Of a stretch of DNA of 64,000 nucleotides, positions 15,496 through 33,240 are shown in pieces (position 1 is the stretch's first letter; every line of letters starts with the position of its first letter). The stretch lies in NCBI RefSeq assembly GCF_009914755.1, contig NC_060934.1, one strand, 5' to 3'. Source of the DNA: the human T2T-CHM13v2.0 reference genome, Homo sapiens. The notes under the pieces are model-generated. The model searched no databases. It worked only from the letters and a program-made list of their open reading frames with translations, and had not been told where the DNA came from. Made by a program: the position numbers and the translations under genes.

Positions 15496-17261
15496 CATCG
15501 ACTGACATTGATTTTTGCTTTTAAAAACATCAATTAATGTTTGTTTTATATCTCGTATGCAGAAGTTGTTTTATATGTACACATATTAACACAAAGGTAT
15601 TAATTTTGCATGTGTTCTTTTATGAACGGTGTATTCCATGGCCTTTCCCAGGCCTTACGTATTTCTGTAAACACAACTTGAAAAGTAACTATTAAGTGTT
15701 CAGAGGTTATACTTGGATTATATACTCCCTCCTTGACGCATGACTACTACCAGAACCAAACACACACACATGCAATGGTTTCATTTTGCATCATGTGTTA
15801 AAGATGCAATAAACAATAAAAACAACTACACACAACAATGCAAACAATCATTGCATTTGTAAAACAATAAAAATGCAGATCACACTTTATATATACTTCA
15901 AAGCCAACCACCAATAACTACATAATCAAAACAAGTCTTCTTGACTTCTCCAAAATGCTAGGTCTAATCATAAACAAAAGGAAAAATGTAAGCTTTACTT
16001 CCTCAGCAGCATGATTCAGTAAAATTAAATGAATTGGCTATAGAGAAATCAACTTAAGCAGTTGTTTGCCTTAAAAAATATATTAATGTATAACAGCCAA
16101 TAATAAAAGAGATCAAAATACTTTCTCCTTTGAGCTTTATAAACTGTGTTGTAACTGTTGTAAGGCAACTTCTTACCACTCTTAGTTTGTGGTTTCCCAA
16201 TTCATGAACTGTTATTTTGTACATACAATAAACTTTATTTTTTTTCTGATTTGATCTGATTTTATTTTTGATACATGTAATGTTTGAAATGATTTCCCAG
16301 TGGTGAAAGAATGATGATAGACAATGTTTTAAGTGCAGATACCTTGAGAGCCACCCTATAAAAATCCAAAGTTGTGCAAAAACGCTCATGAAAGAAGACT
16401 GTACTTTTTATTTTCAGTTTGAAGTCAAAGAATGTGTTTCTGGCTTTTGCATTATCCTATATATTTGCCTGCACTCACAAAAAACAACAGTCAGTGCAAA
16501 ATAGTTGTCTAAGCATGATAAAAGTCTGCTTAGAGTGAAAAGCAGGTTTCAGTGGGATAAACAGTAAGTATCCTGACTTTTAGGAGGCCAGTGATCATTA
16601 ACCTAAACCTGATGATAACCAGCTCTCTGATCCTGAGCAATTCCCCTTAATCTTTTTGGGCCTAAATTGGATGTTTTATTCAATAAAACTATTGGATGAA
16701 ATTATATCTAGAGTCTCTTTTAATATTTTATTATTCTATAATGCAGATTATAATTAAATCTTAAAATTGAAGTAACAAAGTATGAACAAAAATAGCAACA
16801 TCTTTCTGCATACATTCTTCAAGAACTAGAGCTTGCTGGAGAGGTCACTGAGATTTCCCACAGGCAAACAGAAAAGAGAGTGTTAGAATAAATCACTGGA
16901 GTCCCAAACAAAGATCAAACTCTGAAACAATAATATTCATGCTCTGAATTGTCAGAGAAAGTTACAGGTTGTCTGAACTTACCCTAGAACATATGATAAG
17001 AAGGGTTTCTTGACTTAATTCTGAGCAGTTGGCAGTCTGTGCCTTTTGGGAATATCACAAGATAATATTATTCAAATATCCTTTGACTTGATGCCAGGGT
17101 AATCTGATTCAAGTTATGTGATAAAAGGGGTTTCAAGCTTCTGACGGAACAAGAGTAAGATTTGGGGATCATAATAAAATGGTTTTTACTATGAAAGGCA
17201 AGAATTTCTGTAGTTTAGAAAAAGCAAATTTAAGAAAAGTGAAGGTATGATGAGCAAAAGT

Positions 17262-17462
17262 GTGTGAAATTTACCCACTTATATTTTAAGTGTACAATGC
17301 ACTATTGTTAACTATAATGATACTGTTGTACAGCAGATCTTTAGAACTTACTGATCTTGCCTGCTGAAACTTTATGCCTATTGATTAGCAACTCCCTCAT
17401 TCCCCCACCCCCAGCCCACAATTCTACTCTCTGATTCTATGAGTTTCACTATTTTCAATACC
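17262..17462 (-). mobile_element. L1MA8-10-like 3' end fragment
   Basis: TATTGTTAACTATA..TGTTGTACAGCAGATCT.TAGAACTTA. Confidence 0.75.
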
Positions 17463-18683
17463 ACAATAAAGAATTAAGTATACAACTCAAATATGAAACA
17501 AAAAAGTCTTTTGTTTGTGGCTCATCAAGCTCTAGTGACCCTACATATCAAACACAAAAGTTCTGTGTGGCTCAACCAATCTTACTCTGATGCACAAAAT
17601 AGCATAGTTAATAAAGAAAAAAAGAAAATTTCTTTAAGCATATAATTAATATGGACAATATCTTCCCGTAATTGAGATGGAGACATCTCAGAACCATTGA
17701 ACAAATGGAAAATCAAAATAAAAAACATCTGTTGTTGGAAACAGCAAAGTTTTCCATGCATTTTGAAACAGTTATTGCATAGCACTTGAGAAAAGTCTTT
17801 GAAAATGTTACTTCCATTAGCACTCAAACAGAAAATCAACTTTTATTAGGAAGGCAGGGAGTGTCTCGAGGGCAAATTTACCCGAGATTTGTGGAGCATT
17901 GCATAAACATAGCTAATGAGACAAGAAATATTTTTGCAATAAAAATACAGAAAAATGCCTTTGCTACTTTACCAGATATTAAAAAAACTACATCTCATGT
18001 CTTTGGTACCTGTAGCCAATTGGATGGGCTGTTCTAGAAATGGAAACTATAAGAAGTATGTTTCTAGATTGCTATCATGTGGCAAGCTTGTTAAAAAATG
18101 GTGAGAAGTCAGATGAACAAAATCATGTATATTAAGTCACATATTAGTAAAAAAGACATTAAGACATTAAAGAGGAATGATTTAAGAATTTTGCATTTTT
18201 TTCTGAATTAGACGTCTTGGCTCAAGCCTTTCTATTACAAAGAATCTGTGACTTTTACCATTTATCTCATATTTTCTCCCATTTTACTAAAATGCAATTG
18301 CCCAATTGTACTACATTGGAGGCAGGATTTGAATTCAGTTGTTCCTACTTTCAGACTCCACAGCTCCACTACTGATGTGCTGCTCCTCTCTCTCCCTCTT
18401 TTACTCCTTCTTTCAATTCCCTTCTCTAATCTTCCTGCCATTCTCCATACCACACCTGCAGGCCTTCTCCACCTCACATGTGAAAATGTGCCTATTATGT
18501 ATATCATTTCCTCAGGAGACTACTAAAGTATTGTTTTTTCTTTGAATACACTAACTTATTTTAAGTCAAAACATTTCTCTATAGCAGAACAACTCATTGA
18601 AGAGGAACTTTTGGATTCTAGCTGTAGGGTATAGGACATATGTTTGAAGGACATTACTCAAATGTGAGTACAAAAGGTGTTGC

Positions 18684-20365
18684 TGATGATGGTGGCAGCC
18701 CACCTGGAGCAGCTACTGCAGAGACGCCAGCTGCAGCAAGGGAGGAGCAGCCAGGGCTGCACGCTCCATGGAGCTGGTGGGAGCCAGGTACAGGTGAGAG
18801 CCCGCCCACTATGGAGTTGGCAGGGTAGGAGCCTGCACTCTTGGGCACAGCCAGAACCGCCTAGCAGAGGCTCTGCACTCTCAGGGATCCAGGAAGCTCC
18901 CTACCCCCATAGGCTTGAAAGTGCCTCATTCCATTTTCTGGCTTCTCTCCACTCCTGGCACCCACTCCAGGGCGAATGCAAAGTTGTGGCTGAACCCAGG
19001 TGATGTCACTACCCACTGAGTATGCGTGCACTCAGGGCAGCCCTGACACACCAGCCCCCTGCTACCTCAGCCGCCTCCTGACTTTGGACACCAACAAGCG
19101 TGGGAGAGGGGCCGGGGGTGCTGAAGGTGGATCAGTGGGGACCTGCAGGCACCCCTCATTGCAGACAGTCTTGGCACTGTGGATGGCATGTTAATGGAGG
19201 AGGCAGACAGATTCCTAGGTGGGAAGGGACAGGTTCCCAGTGAAACCCCACCTTCAAGCCAGGGATGGCCTAAACCATTGGGGCCAGGCTGCCAGTTCTG
19301 GGTGAAGTTGCAGCCTGGAGTGAGAACTTCATTGATGACCATTTGGCCAATCAGATGGTGCTTTTTCCAGGCCCTCCCATGGCTGCCTATGGATCAGTCA
19401 GCACACACTTCCTCCATTTTGAGAACATAAAAACCCCAGATTCAGCCAGACTAAGACACTCCTCAGGATGACCTGCCTTCAGAAAGGAACTACCCCCTAT
19501 GGGTCTCCTCTCCACTGAGAGCTGGACACTCATCAGAGTGGAGCTGCACACTCATCAGGATGACATACCCGCAGAAAGGAGCTACACACTATAGGTCTCC
19601 TCTCTGCTGAGAGCTGGACGCTCATCGGGATGGCCTGCCTGCAGAAAGGAGCTACCCACTTCGGGTCTCCTAAGAGCTGTTCTGACCCTCAGTGAAGCTT
19701 CTCTCTACCTTGCTCACCCTCCAGTTGTCTGAGTACCTCATTCTTCCTGGATATGGGACAAGAACTTGGAACCTACAGAATGGCGGAACTGAAAGAGCTG
19801 TAAAAAAAATAGGGCTGAAATACACCCCCTCCACCCCTGCTCACCATGTTGTGGGCAATGAGAAGGAAAGAAGAGCTGTGACCCTTCAGAGAGCACAGAC
19901 ATATGGGCTCCCAAAGCCAGGGCTGTGACACCCTCTTAGGAGCTCTGTGGTTCCTGGCATCTCCAAGCTCCTGAGCACCACCACATTCCCCTTGTCCAGA
20001 TCTGGGAGCCTGCAGTGGAAGCTGCTTGCAGTAGCTTGGATCCAGCTGCAGCCTTGCACAGAGCCAGCACCTGAGCCAGCATCTGTGCTGGTGCCTGGAA
20101 CTACTTGCCCTGCTGAAGTAGCTGGCATGCCTGGCTGTGCACAGTGGCTGGACCCCATGCTTGCTTGCTCATACACTCCTTGCCATTGCGTGCCTGGCTT
20201 GCCCTTGGCAGGTGTGGGATCTGGGCTGGTAGCCCAAGCCGAGTGCAGCCTGCCAGGCCAAGCGGACGGAACAAGTCCAGAGAATCTGAGCAAAACTTAG
20301 GCAAAGGTGCCACCAGCCACACAGGTTTCTGGCTGGAAAAGTGACACCCTAAGGATCCTATGACA
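18684..20365 (+). mobile_element. MER52(A)-like solo LTR (~1.7 kb, GC-rich)
   Basis: GC-rich block ending GGCTGGAAAAGTGACACCCTAAGGATCCTATGACA; internal ~70-bp tandem units at ~19460-19680. Confidence 0.88.
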
Positions 20366-20696
20366 CTACTTAGTTTTCCTGTGCAAAGGCCATCTCTATC
20401 TCCAGTTTAAAAGAAGATCCACAAATGGAGAAAGTAAAACAATATATATATACTGCCAATTACTCCCCAACCCCAATAATGGGGAAAATTGACCTGTATA
20501 ATTCATGATACATACAGCTATTAAGGCACTGGATACTCATATAAATTCAACAGTGAAAATCCAGGTAGTCAAAGTTCTTTGAGTTGATCAAGTGAGTATA
20601 CTGTTTTAAAAACAGTATCTTCAAGAGATTATATAATACAGGGATATATCTGAGGAAAATATTTAATAAATTAGTTATTTAGTACATTCCAAATTC

Positions 20697-23434
<2,738 letters not shown>

Positions 23435-25342
23435 TTCCAAATTCTTAAATGCTTGTATTATAAGTTTTACTATTTATTTATTATACCTGTTTTTCCCTTA
23501 ACATCTTTCCACATTTATTAAAAATAAAAATACAATAACATATTAATTGTGAAGAAGTGTAATTTTACTCAAACCTCAAAATATTATTTCTTTTCTGCTT
23601 TCCTACTTCATTTCAGATTGTGGAGGGTTAAAGTTAAATTAATTAAACTTAACTTATGAGCCTAAACCTGACAAGCCATGTAAAGAGGCACTAAAGTAGT
23701 ATAGGGAAAAACTCTGCTTCTCCATTAGTTTGGAGTCAATTTAAATATGACATTGAACGCCAAAAGGGGGCATAATGGTGAGAAAGTGTAAGAATATAGT
23801 CTGGAAAGAACTCAAGGTAGGTGTTTCCTCTGCATTCTGTAAGGCTTTCATGCTTTGGTTATGGATCTGAAACCTTAGTTTGTGCATTTGAAGCTGGTCA
23901 TATTCTGAATTTACTAATTCCTTTGAAGTTCCTATAAGAATATTTGAAAATTAACTCCATTTTAATACTTTGCAAGGAGAAATAGCTATTGTGTGCAGAG
24001 ATTTATGTAGAAAACTGAACCAAGGTTAATAATTCTTTGATAAACATGCTTTTTGCTATCTTTGAAGATGTCAATATATTCTTTCTTTTTATCACATTCC
24101 ACCAACATAATTACTTCATTTTTCTTCAAAATGAATGAAAATTCAGATATTCATTTCCAATGTAACTTTGAAACAGGTACTGTGTTACTGCTTCTCTCCT
24201 GAAGATAAGTCTTGTAATGTGCTAAATATGTGGCAGTTCAGCAGAAGATTCTGAGTGTTCTTCATGGATCTACTCTAGGAGCCTAGAAGAAGTAAAAATG
24301 AGAGGAATGTCTCAAATCAAAATTTCCTTGGAGACTAAATGGGTTCTATGTCCTTGTAAGCTACACTTGCTAGAAAACTGCCTTTCTTCCTGCTCTGCCT
24401 TGCCTTGGGTTTCAAAATAAATTCCTACATAAAATGAACTCTATATCCAACATTGTCATCCTATCCAATCTTCATCTGTTTGACTGTGATCTCTCTACCA
24501 TTGCTACCTCCAGACAAACGATTCTTCCATTTCTAAACCATGTTGCTAATTCGAATCTTCTACACCACTATTTAGTAGTGATCTTCATCATGTGGAAGTC
24601 TTCAGTCTTACTTTTTGCCATCTGTCACTATTCCTGGGGAAATATCCGTATATCTTTATATCACTAGCATGTGGACAGAGCAACCCCATTTAAATGTGAA
24701 TACCAACAGCTATAGATTGACTTTTCACTAAATAGTATCTGGTCTGTTTGCCTCAGAGGGGTTCCAAAAAATGCACATGCAATTCTAACATAGCCCACCT
24801 ATCATGCCATAAATTGCAGTGTTTTCAGACGCTGATCCAGTAAGACCACTTTTTTGCTAGCTACAGCTGTTGTCTGCCCGTGAGCATTTCTCACAACAAA
24901 GCTGAGACCTCAAAGAGGAAATACTGATCTCTTGTCTTTCTTTCCAAGCCCTGCGTACTGCTCCATTGAGTTCTTCACAGAACAGCAGAAATTCTATGAC
25001 ACCTTATTATTACTAATAACATTAATGTAATTAATATGTGTTTACTGTAGAAAAATATCAACAAGGAAGTCAGTAAAACAAAACTATAAAGCACCGTCTA
25101 TCTGCCCATTTTCCAGTGTCAAAATATTAGTTTCCCAAAGTAAACTATGAAAAGTTTAAGTACCTGTTAAGCCAGTTACATCATTTCCTTTCTTTAAGTT
25201 AATATGATCATGTTTTATATATCTCTTTGCAACTTGCTTTTTTTTAATTGCCAAGCATCTTGGACTTTTTTAGATCTCAGAAAATACAAATATTTTATAT
25301 CGGAATTAGAATGGTTTCATTATGTGTTGGCTTCAGTTATTC

Positions 25343-25597
25343 CCACATTCCTTTATCTGTACTTCTTTATGCCTGGTTTTACCCTACTGATCAGCTAGGA
25401 CAACCGGCATTACTAGGCACTGATGGTGGCTGAGCTCACCCAGCAGATTTTTGACTCCAAGAACGTAACGGCTGCCTGCGACCCCCGCCTTGGCTGCTAC
25501 CTAACAGTGGCTGCTGTTTTCAGGGGCCACATGTCCATGAGGGAGGTGGACGCTTAGGGTCTAAAACAAGAGCAGCAGCAACTTTGCTGATTGGATC
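25343..25597 (+). pseudogene. Beta-tubulin pseudogene fragment (about residues 259-345, exon 4), TUBB8-like
   Basis: Manual translation: [72 protein letters not shown]; stops and a deletion. Confidence 0.95.
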
Positions 25598-25640
25598 AGT
25601 ATGTTACAAAACATGTTACAAAATATTTTTTACATGTATG

Positions 25641-26190
25641 TGTTACTGGATTTAAAGACTTGACTTGCGTTGACTGTGCGTTGTCCAGTTTCTTGGTGCA
25701 CTGAACAAAGAATTTGAACAAAATGCACAAACAAAGCAACAAAAGAACAAAGCAACGAAAGCAGATTTATTGAAGCAAAAGTACACCCACAGAGTGGGAG
25801 TAGGCTGGAGCGAGCCACGCAAGAGCCCTAATTGTAATGTTCCTTGGGGATTTTATTGAATTAAAAAAGCATAGTGACACCCGTAAGTTCCCTTTAGAGG
25901 TTTCGGATAGGTTACACCCTATACAAATGGAGGATTTTGCCCAGGACAAATCAGAGGCATCCAACCTATGAAATGCATGCAAATGACGTTACAGAATGGG
26001 CCAATTACAGACAGCCATTCCCGTTCAGGACACAGGGTAGGGGGAGGTTCGGAGACGGAAGGCCCTTTGGCTCCTCATTACTTGGTGGTAGCAGGGTGGG
26101 GTTTTCCTTAGTCCAGTTCCAAGAAGACAGCTAGGAGTTGGCCTTAGGTTTCCTGTCACCACTCTCTCCAGACCGTATTCTCCTGCCTCA
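25641..26190 (-). mobile_element. MER51-family solo LTR
   Basis: Reverse start TGAGGCAGGAGAATACGGTCTGGAG..AACCTAAGGCC; 4-bp TSD TATG/TAAG. Confidence 0.88.
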
Positions 26191-26202
26191 TAAGTTTGGG
26201 TA

Positions 26203-26228
26203 GTGTGTGTGTGTGTGTGTGTGTGTGT
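26203..26228 (+). repeat. (GT)n microsatellite
   Basis: Direct reading. Confidence 0.95.
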
Positions 26229-27073
26229 AGGCAAAATTAATAGATGTAAACTAATTGGCTTAAGGAATCTGTATATTTTTAACTTTGGTAAATATCTATA
26301 AATTGCTTCCCAAATGTTTACACATATTTACACTCCTTTAAAAATGTTTATTTTTTTAAATCTTCACAGATTTCAAGCTGTGTATGAACACAGGAAAAAA
26401 ATCCCAGGAAAAAAATCATAACATGTAAGTTTTAATTTATAGTTTTCTAATTATAACAGGGTGAGAATTATTTTGCATGATTATTAGCCATTTCTTTTAG
26501 TTTTGCATGGATACACATATATTGCCATTTCATGTGTTTCATCCATTTTCTTTCTTGTTTATATTTTTCTTCTTATAGATTGAGAAAATTAGACCCTTTA
26601 ATATATCTTGAAAATATCTCCTCAGTTTGTCATTAGCCTTTTAATTTTATTTCATTTTTACTTTGACTTGTTATTAACATTATTATTATTTTGTTATATA
26701 GAAGTAACAATTGAACTGAAGATTTATAACAATGAAAAAGTTGAAATCAACAGAGAATAACTCCAACTCCCTGTGCAATTCTAGACCTAGGCAAGCTCTT
26801 GGGTTCCCTCCTGGCTGCTCTGCATGGCCAGATTTCTGCCAGCCTTTAGATTCAATAGAGAATATCCCTGCTTCTCAGTCTAAGCTAAATAGACCCTCAG
26901 GCCCAGGAAGTTGGTTAATTTTCCTTCTTCAAAGAGCCCTTGACCCAGAGCTGACCATTTCTCCCCTATGCCCAATGATGGTACTACCTTCTTTAGCATT
27001 ACTTCCCAACTTTCTCCCTTGCCCTTTCTATCATAAGATTAAGGCCACCACTTCTTCCTCACCCATTCTGATG

Positions 27074-27106
<33 letters not shown>

Positions 27107-27137
<31 letters not shown>

Positions 27138-27418
27138 AGAGAGAGAGTTTCACTCTGTAGCCCAGGTTGGAGTGCAGTGTCGCTATCTCAGCTTACTTCA
27201 ACCTCTGCCTCCCAGGTTCAAGCGATTCTCCTGCCTCAGCCTCCTGAGTAGCTGGGATTGCAGGCACCCACCAACACGCCCGGCTAATTTTGTATTTTTA
27301 GTACAGACGGGGTTTCACCATGTTGGCCAGGCTGGTCTCGAACTCTGACCTCAGGTGACCTGCCTGCCTTGGCCTCCCAAAGTGCTGGGATTACAGGCGT
27401 GAGACACCGCACCTGGCC
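27107..27418 (-). mobile_element. AluSx-type element; tail extended by (TA)n at 27077-27107
   Basis: Full dimer, GACCTCAGGTGA, long T run. Confidence 0.93.
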
Positions 27419-27669
27419 TCTTTTATATAATTTTAGTTTTACCCTGAAAAATGACTCCTGACATATTCAAACTCCCTGCCCAATATACTTATTTATTTTT
27501 CTTATATTCAATTGCCACATCTCTTATAAAATCTTTCTGGAAACACCTTATGCAAAGTTAAACATTCTTTCTTCATCTTGTTTCCAATAGCTTGGAACAA
27601 AGAACAACCATGGATTTACTTGGAAGCCATTCACAAACATAACAGACCTGTGGGAAGATGTCTACCAAC

Positions 27670-27972
27670 AGCTGCTTTCACCTAGTAAAATGTTTTTGAG
27701 GTTCATCTACATTGTAGCCTATATTTGCAGTTTATTTTATTAGTAAATAGTATTGCATTATATGGTAAATAGACTACATTTTGTTTTACCCGTTTATTAT
27801 TTATGGACATTCGGATTATTTCTAGTTTATGGCCATTATGAATACTACTTCTGTAAGCATTAACAAATATGCCTTTTGTGGATATATGTTTTTATTTTTC
27901 TTCAGTAGGTCTGTAGAAGTAGAATTGCTGAGCCATACGGTAATTTTATATTTAACATGTTACCAAAATCAG
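27670..27972 (-). mobile_element. L1ME/MB-type 3' region fragment (part of L1ME/HAL1 composite copy A)
   Basis: GAGGTTCATCTACATTGTAGC..TAGTATTGCATTATATGG..GGACATT..AGAAGTAGAATTGCTGAG. Confidence 0.7.
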
Positions 27973-29098
27973 ACTATGTAAGGCAGCACAAGGGATTTTT
28001 AGGACAGTGAAACTGTTCTGTATGATATAGTTATGGTGAATATATGTCATTACACATTTACCAAAACCCATAGAAAGTATAATTCCAAGAGTGAACCCTA
28101 CTGTAAACTATGGTCTTGGGGTGATAATGGTGTATCAATCTAGGTTCATCAATTGTAACAAATTGTGGTGTTACAATATGTATTGTTTTCTTGCACAGTT
28201 CTTGGTTCATAACTCCCATAGCCCTTGTTCTCAACTTTTGTTATAATATTGGATATGTCAGCCGTCAGTAGGAAGCCAATAATCTTCTCCTGCCCTCCTT
28301 TCTCTCTAATGTTTCCCCACCTTTCTGAATGTGGGCCTTAAGACCCTACCCTGAGAGGACCCTACCCTATACTCTGGGGGAAGGAATGCTGATGTCATGA
28401 AGTTTCCATAAAAAACCAAGAAGACAGGGTTCAGTGAGATTTTAGATAGCTGAATACTTGGTGGTTCCTGGAGTGTGATGTGTGCAAAGAGGGTATGGGA
28501 GCTCTGTACCCCTTCCCAAGTATCTTGCCCTACATGTCTGTTCATCTGTATCCTTTGCAGTATCCTTTATAATAAACCAGTAGATGTGTTTCCCTGAGTT
28601 CTGTGAACCACTCCAGCAAATTAATCACATCTAAAGTGGGAGTCAATGGGAACCCCAACTTGAGCTGGTTGGTCAGAAGTTCCAGAGGGCCAAACTTGGG
28701 ACTGGTGTGCTTGTGGGGGAAGTCTTGGAGACTGTGTGATCTGTAGGATCCCAACCTGTGGTATCTGACACTGTCTCCAGGTGGATAGTCTCAGAACTGA
28801 ATTAGAGGACACCCAGCTGGTATCTGCTCTTGGTGTGTGGGAAAATCCCCACATACGTTTGGTCAAGAAATCTTCTCTGTTGATTGTTCTGATGTGAGAA
28901 TAGAGGAAAAACGGTTAGAAAGAGTTTTCTCTACGCACAAATTTACCAGTGTGGTGGGAGATATTCATAACATGAGAGGCTATGAATGTGTGGGAAAAGG
29001 GAGTATATGAGAAATCTCTGAACCTTCCTCTGAATTCTGCTGTGAACTTAAAACTGCTCTAACAACAACAGCAACAATGTCTACACTAAAAAACAAAA
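27973..29098 (+). mobile_element. L1MC1/2-like 3' end, split by MER21
   Basis: CCAAGAGTGAACCCTACTGTAAACTATGG; resumes 28940 with GGAGTATATGAGAAATCTCTG..AAAACTGCTCTAA. Confidence 0.82.
28164..28939 (+). mobile_element. MER21A/B solo LTR
   Basis: TGTGGTG...CACA ends; GAGGACACCCAGCTGGT; GTATCTGACACTGTCTCCAGGTGGATAG. Confidence 0.88.
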
Positions 29099-29099
29099 A

Positions 29100-31099
<2,000 letters not shown>

Positions 31100-31100
<1 letters not shown>

Positions 31101-31270
31101 CATCAGTTATAGCATTTATTGCATCACACTGCTCTCATTTATGAACTGGTTGTCAGCAAATTGAGGCAGAAACCATAGATGATTTGTATTTTTAATCATC
31201 TGAGCCTGACACAATAATCAATGCATAATAGATACTCAAAGAGTATCTGAAGAATTGAAAGAATAAATGC
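31100..31270 (+). mobile_element. L2 3' end fragment
   Basis: GAGCCTGACACAATA..CATAATAGATACTCAA..GAATTGAAAGAATAAATG. Confidence 0.55.
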
Positions 31271-32877
31271 TGTAGCTTAAAAACTGTAATAGAAGCCATC
31301 ATGAATAAAATTCCAGTGACTTAAATTGGCTACAATTTATACAGTGCTATTTAGGACAGAATTGATTTTTCTGTGGTTAAGCCACAATAGGTTTAAGTGG
31401 CTTCACCTAAAATTTATTAATACATTTGTCCTAATAAAAATAATCAAAATGACCATAACCATCCCAAATTTTCTGTTAAGAGCAGGGAACTTTACTAAGC
31501 CCTGATACATGGCATATGCTTTACCTTAATGGAGCACTGCTATCATATTCAAGATAGAATTGTATATTAAGATACAAATGATGTTATAAGGTTACATGTA
31601 CCAAGTGACCTATAAGAGCTTGAAGGGAAAAATGATAGAATAAGCCTTACATTATTTTATTCCTGTGAGATTTCCACAGTCTTTGGTTATGGCCAATGTC
31701 TACTTAAAGGAACAATTTCAAAACTCCAGTCAAAGAATGAAACTTGGTAAATAATTTTAACATTTACAATACATTTTCTATCAGGCAAGACTCTTTTCCT
31801 TCATGTATCAGAGAAGTGGGATCTGGTGCATTTCATAGAATCTTAATATGGAATTTAATATGTAACCTTTATGATCTAATTATTTAACCAAAGAGGTAAT
31901 GAAATTCATGATCTAATAAAAGCATTTATTATGAACCTTGTACATTGTAATCATTTAATTTTTCTTAATTTTACTTATGCTCCAAAATTAAATTAAATTT
32001 TGATTATAAAACATGATACATCTGACCACTACTTTCTTTATAATTGATTGAATTATGATTTAACATCTCATTTGTGGTAGCAATTATGCTATACTGGGTT
32101 TATTAAATTATTTGGCTGTGAATATTTTTCTTAGACTTAGAAACAAATTGCATTACCCTCCAACCTATCAAAGATTGATAAATTTTTATATTATAAAGAT
32201 TTAAAGTCCATTCTAGGATTTAAATTACTTTGCAAATTGGAGGTTCATGTATATGTACATCTGTGTGTGCATGTATCTCTCTCTATTTAGGCTGACCATT
32301 TAGTAATCAGACTAATAACAATAATTGTAAAATATAATAATAATCAGTAACAGCAGTAATAAGTAAGGCCTAGCAAAAATATAGATGTGAACATGAATAT
32401 GAAAATTGATGTAAATATAGTGGTTAGAGAGAAACAAATAAAATAGATATAACACTGACCGAATTATGTGGAAGAATAATTTAATCCAAAATATTACAAG
32501 AATCACAAAAAAATGTTCTTGAGAATGACAGAATGTTAAACCAACAAGGATTAATTACAGGCTAACACAACATTAATCCTTGAACAGCAGTTATTGGAGA
32601 CGATTATTCTCAAAATAGATAGATCCAGACACATGGTTCTCCTCTTGCCTATCTTATTCTGGGATACTTCACAAAGATCTAGCAGAGTCAAACATTATCC
32701 TCTAGATGCTGGCGGGGACATACATAACAGGAAGTTGTCAAGAACCACATTAGATCCTTTCATATACAATTTCTGTGCTATAAGAATGGACTGTTTTTAT
32801 CTTAAGGCACTTGGAGAATTTCTTATTCCATGGTTTCAAGAAGTGAGACATAAATCATTTTTTTCCTTAGTTCTTTT

Positions 32878-33240
32878 AACTAGTTGCGATGGCTGGGAAG
32901 AAGATGTAGAGATGGAATAGAAATGCAAATGGTTTATTAGGAAATAACACTTGTGAAGATAAAGAGAAAGGAAGCAGGATTGGGCTGAGGCTGCCCTCAA
33001 ACTGCAGTTCAGAACTGATGAGTGCTTTGCCAGCCTGATGGGAAACTCCAGAGCAAAGACTGCCTATTAGCAAAATATTACCTTGCTCAGTCACCGGTTT
33101 GAGGTCACCCCTAGGAGACCATTACCTCTGTTTCAAAGATCTCATAGATAGAGGCTACCAGCTAACCAACAGTCTTTGAAGGTAGGCAGCAAGTACTTTC
33201 CTGTCAAGAGACCTGAGTGTCACACACAATGCGTGCCACG
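32878..33240 (-). mobile_element. LTR40-like ERVL LTR
   Basis: GTTTATTAGG..AACACTTGTG..AAGGAAGCAGGATTGGGC..CTCCAGAGC. Confidence 0.6.

Larger units (their letters stand above)
25030..26700 (-). mobile_element. Highly degenerate L1ME4-like 3' region, host of the tubulin fragment and MER51
   Basis: TTTGCAACTTGCTTTTTT; TATATTTTTAACTTTGGTAAATATCTATAAATTGCTTCCCAA..ATTTACACTCC. Confidence 0.5.

Noticed and set aside
19460-19680. Regularly spaced repeats resembling a CRISPR array
   Set aside because: Degenerate tandem units internal to the LTR; no unique spacers; eukaryotic DNA
18640-20344. Dense overlapping ORFs and GC-rich island suggesting a gene
   Set aside because: Entirely within a MER52 LTR; CpG-depleted; no recognisable protein
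26732-27160. 142-aa ORF
   Set aside because: No recognisable homology; runs into (TA)n and Alu T tail
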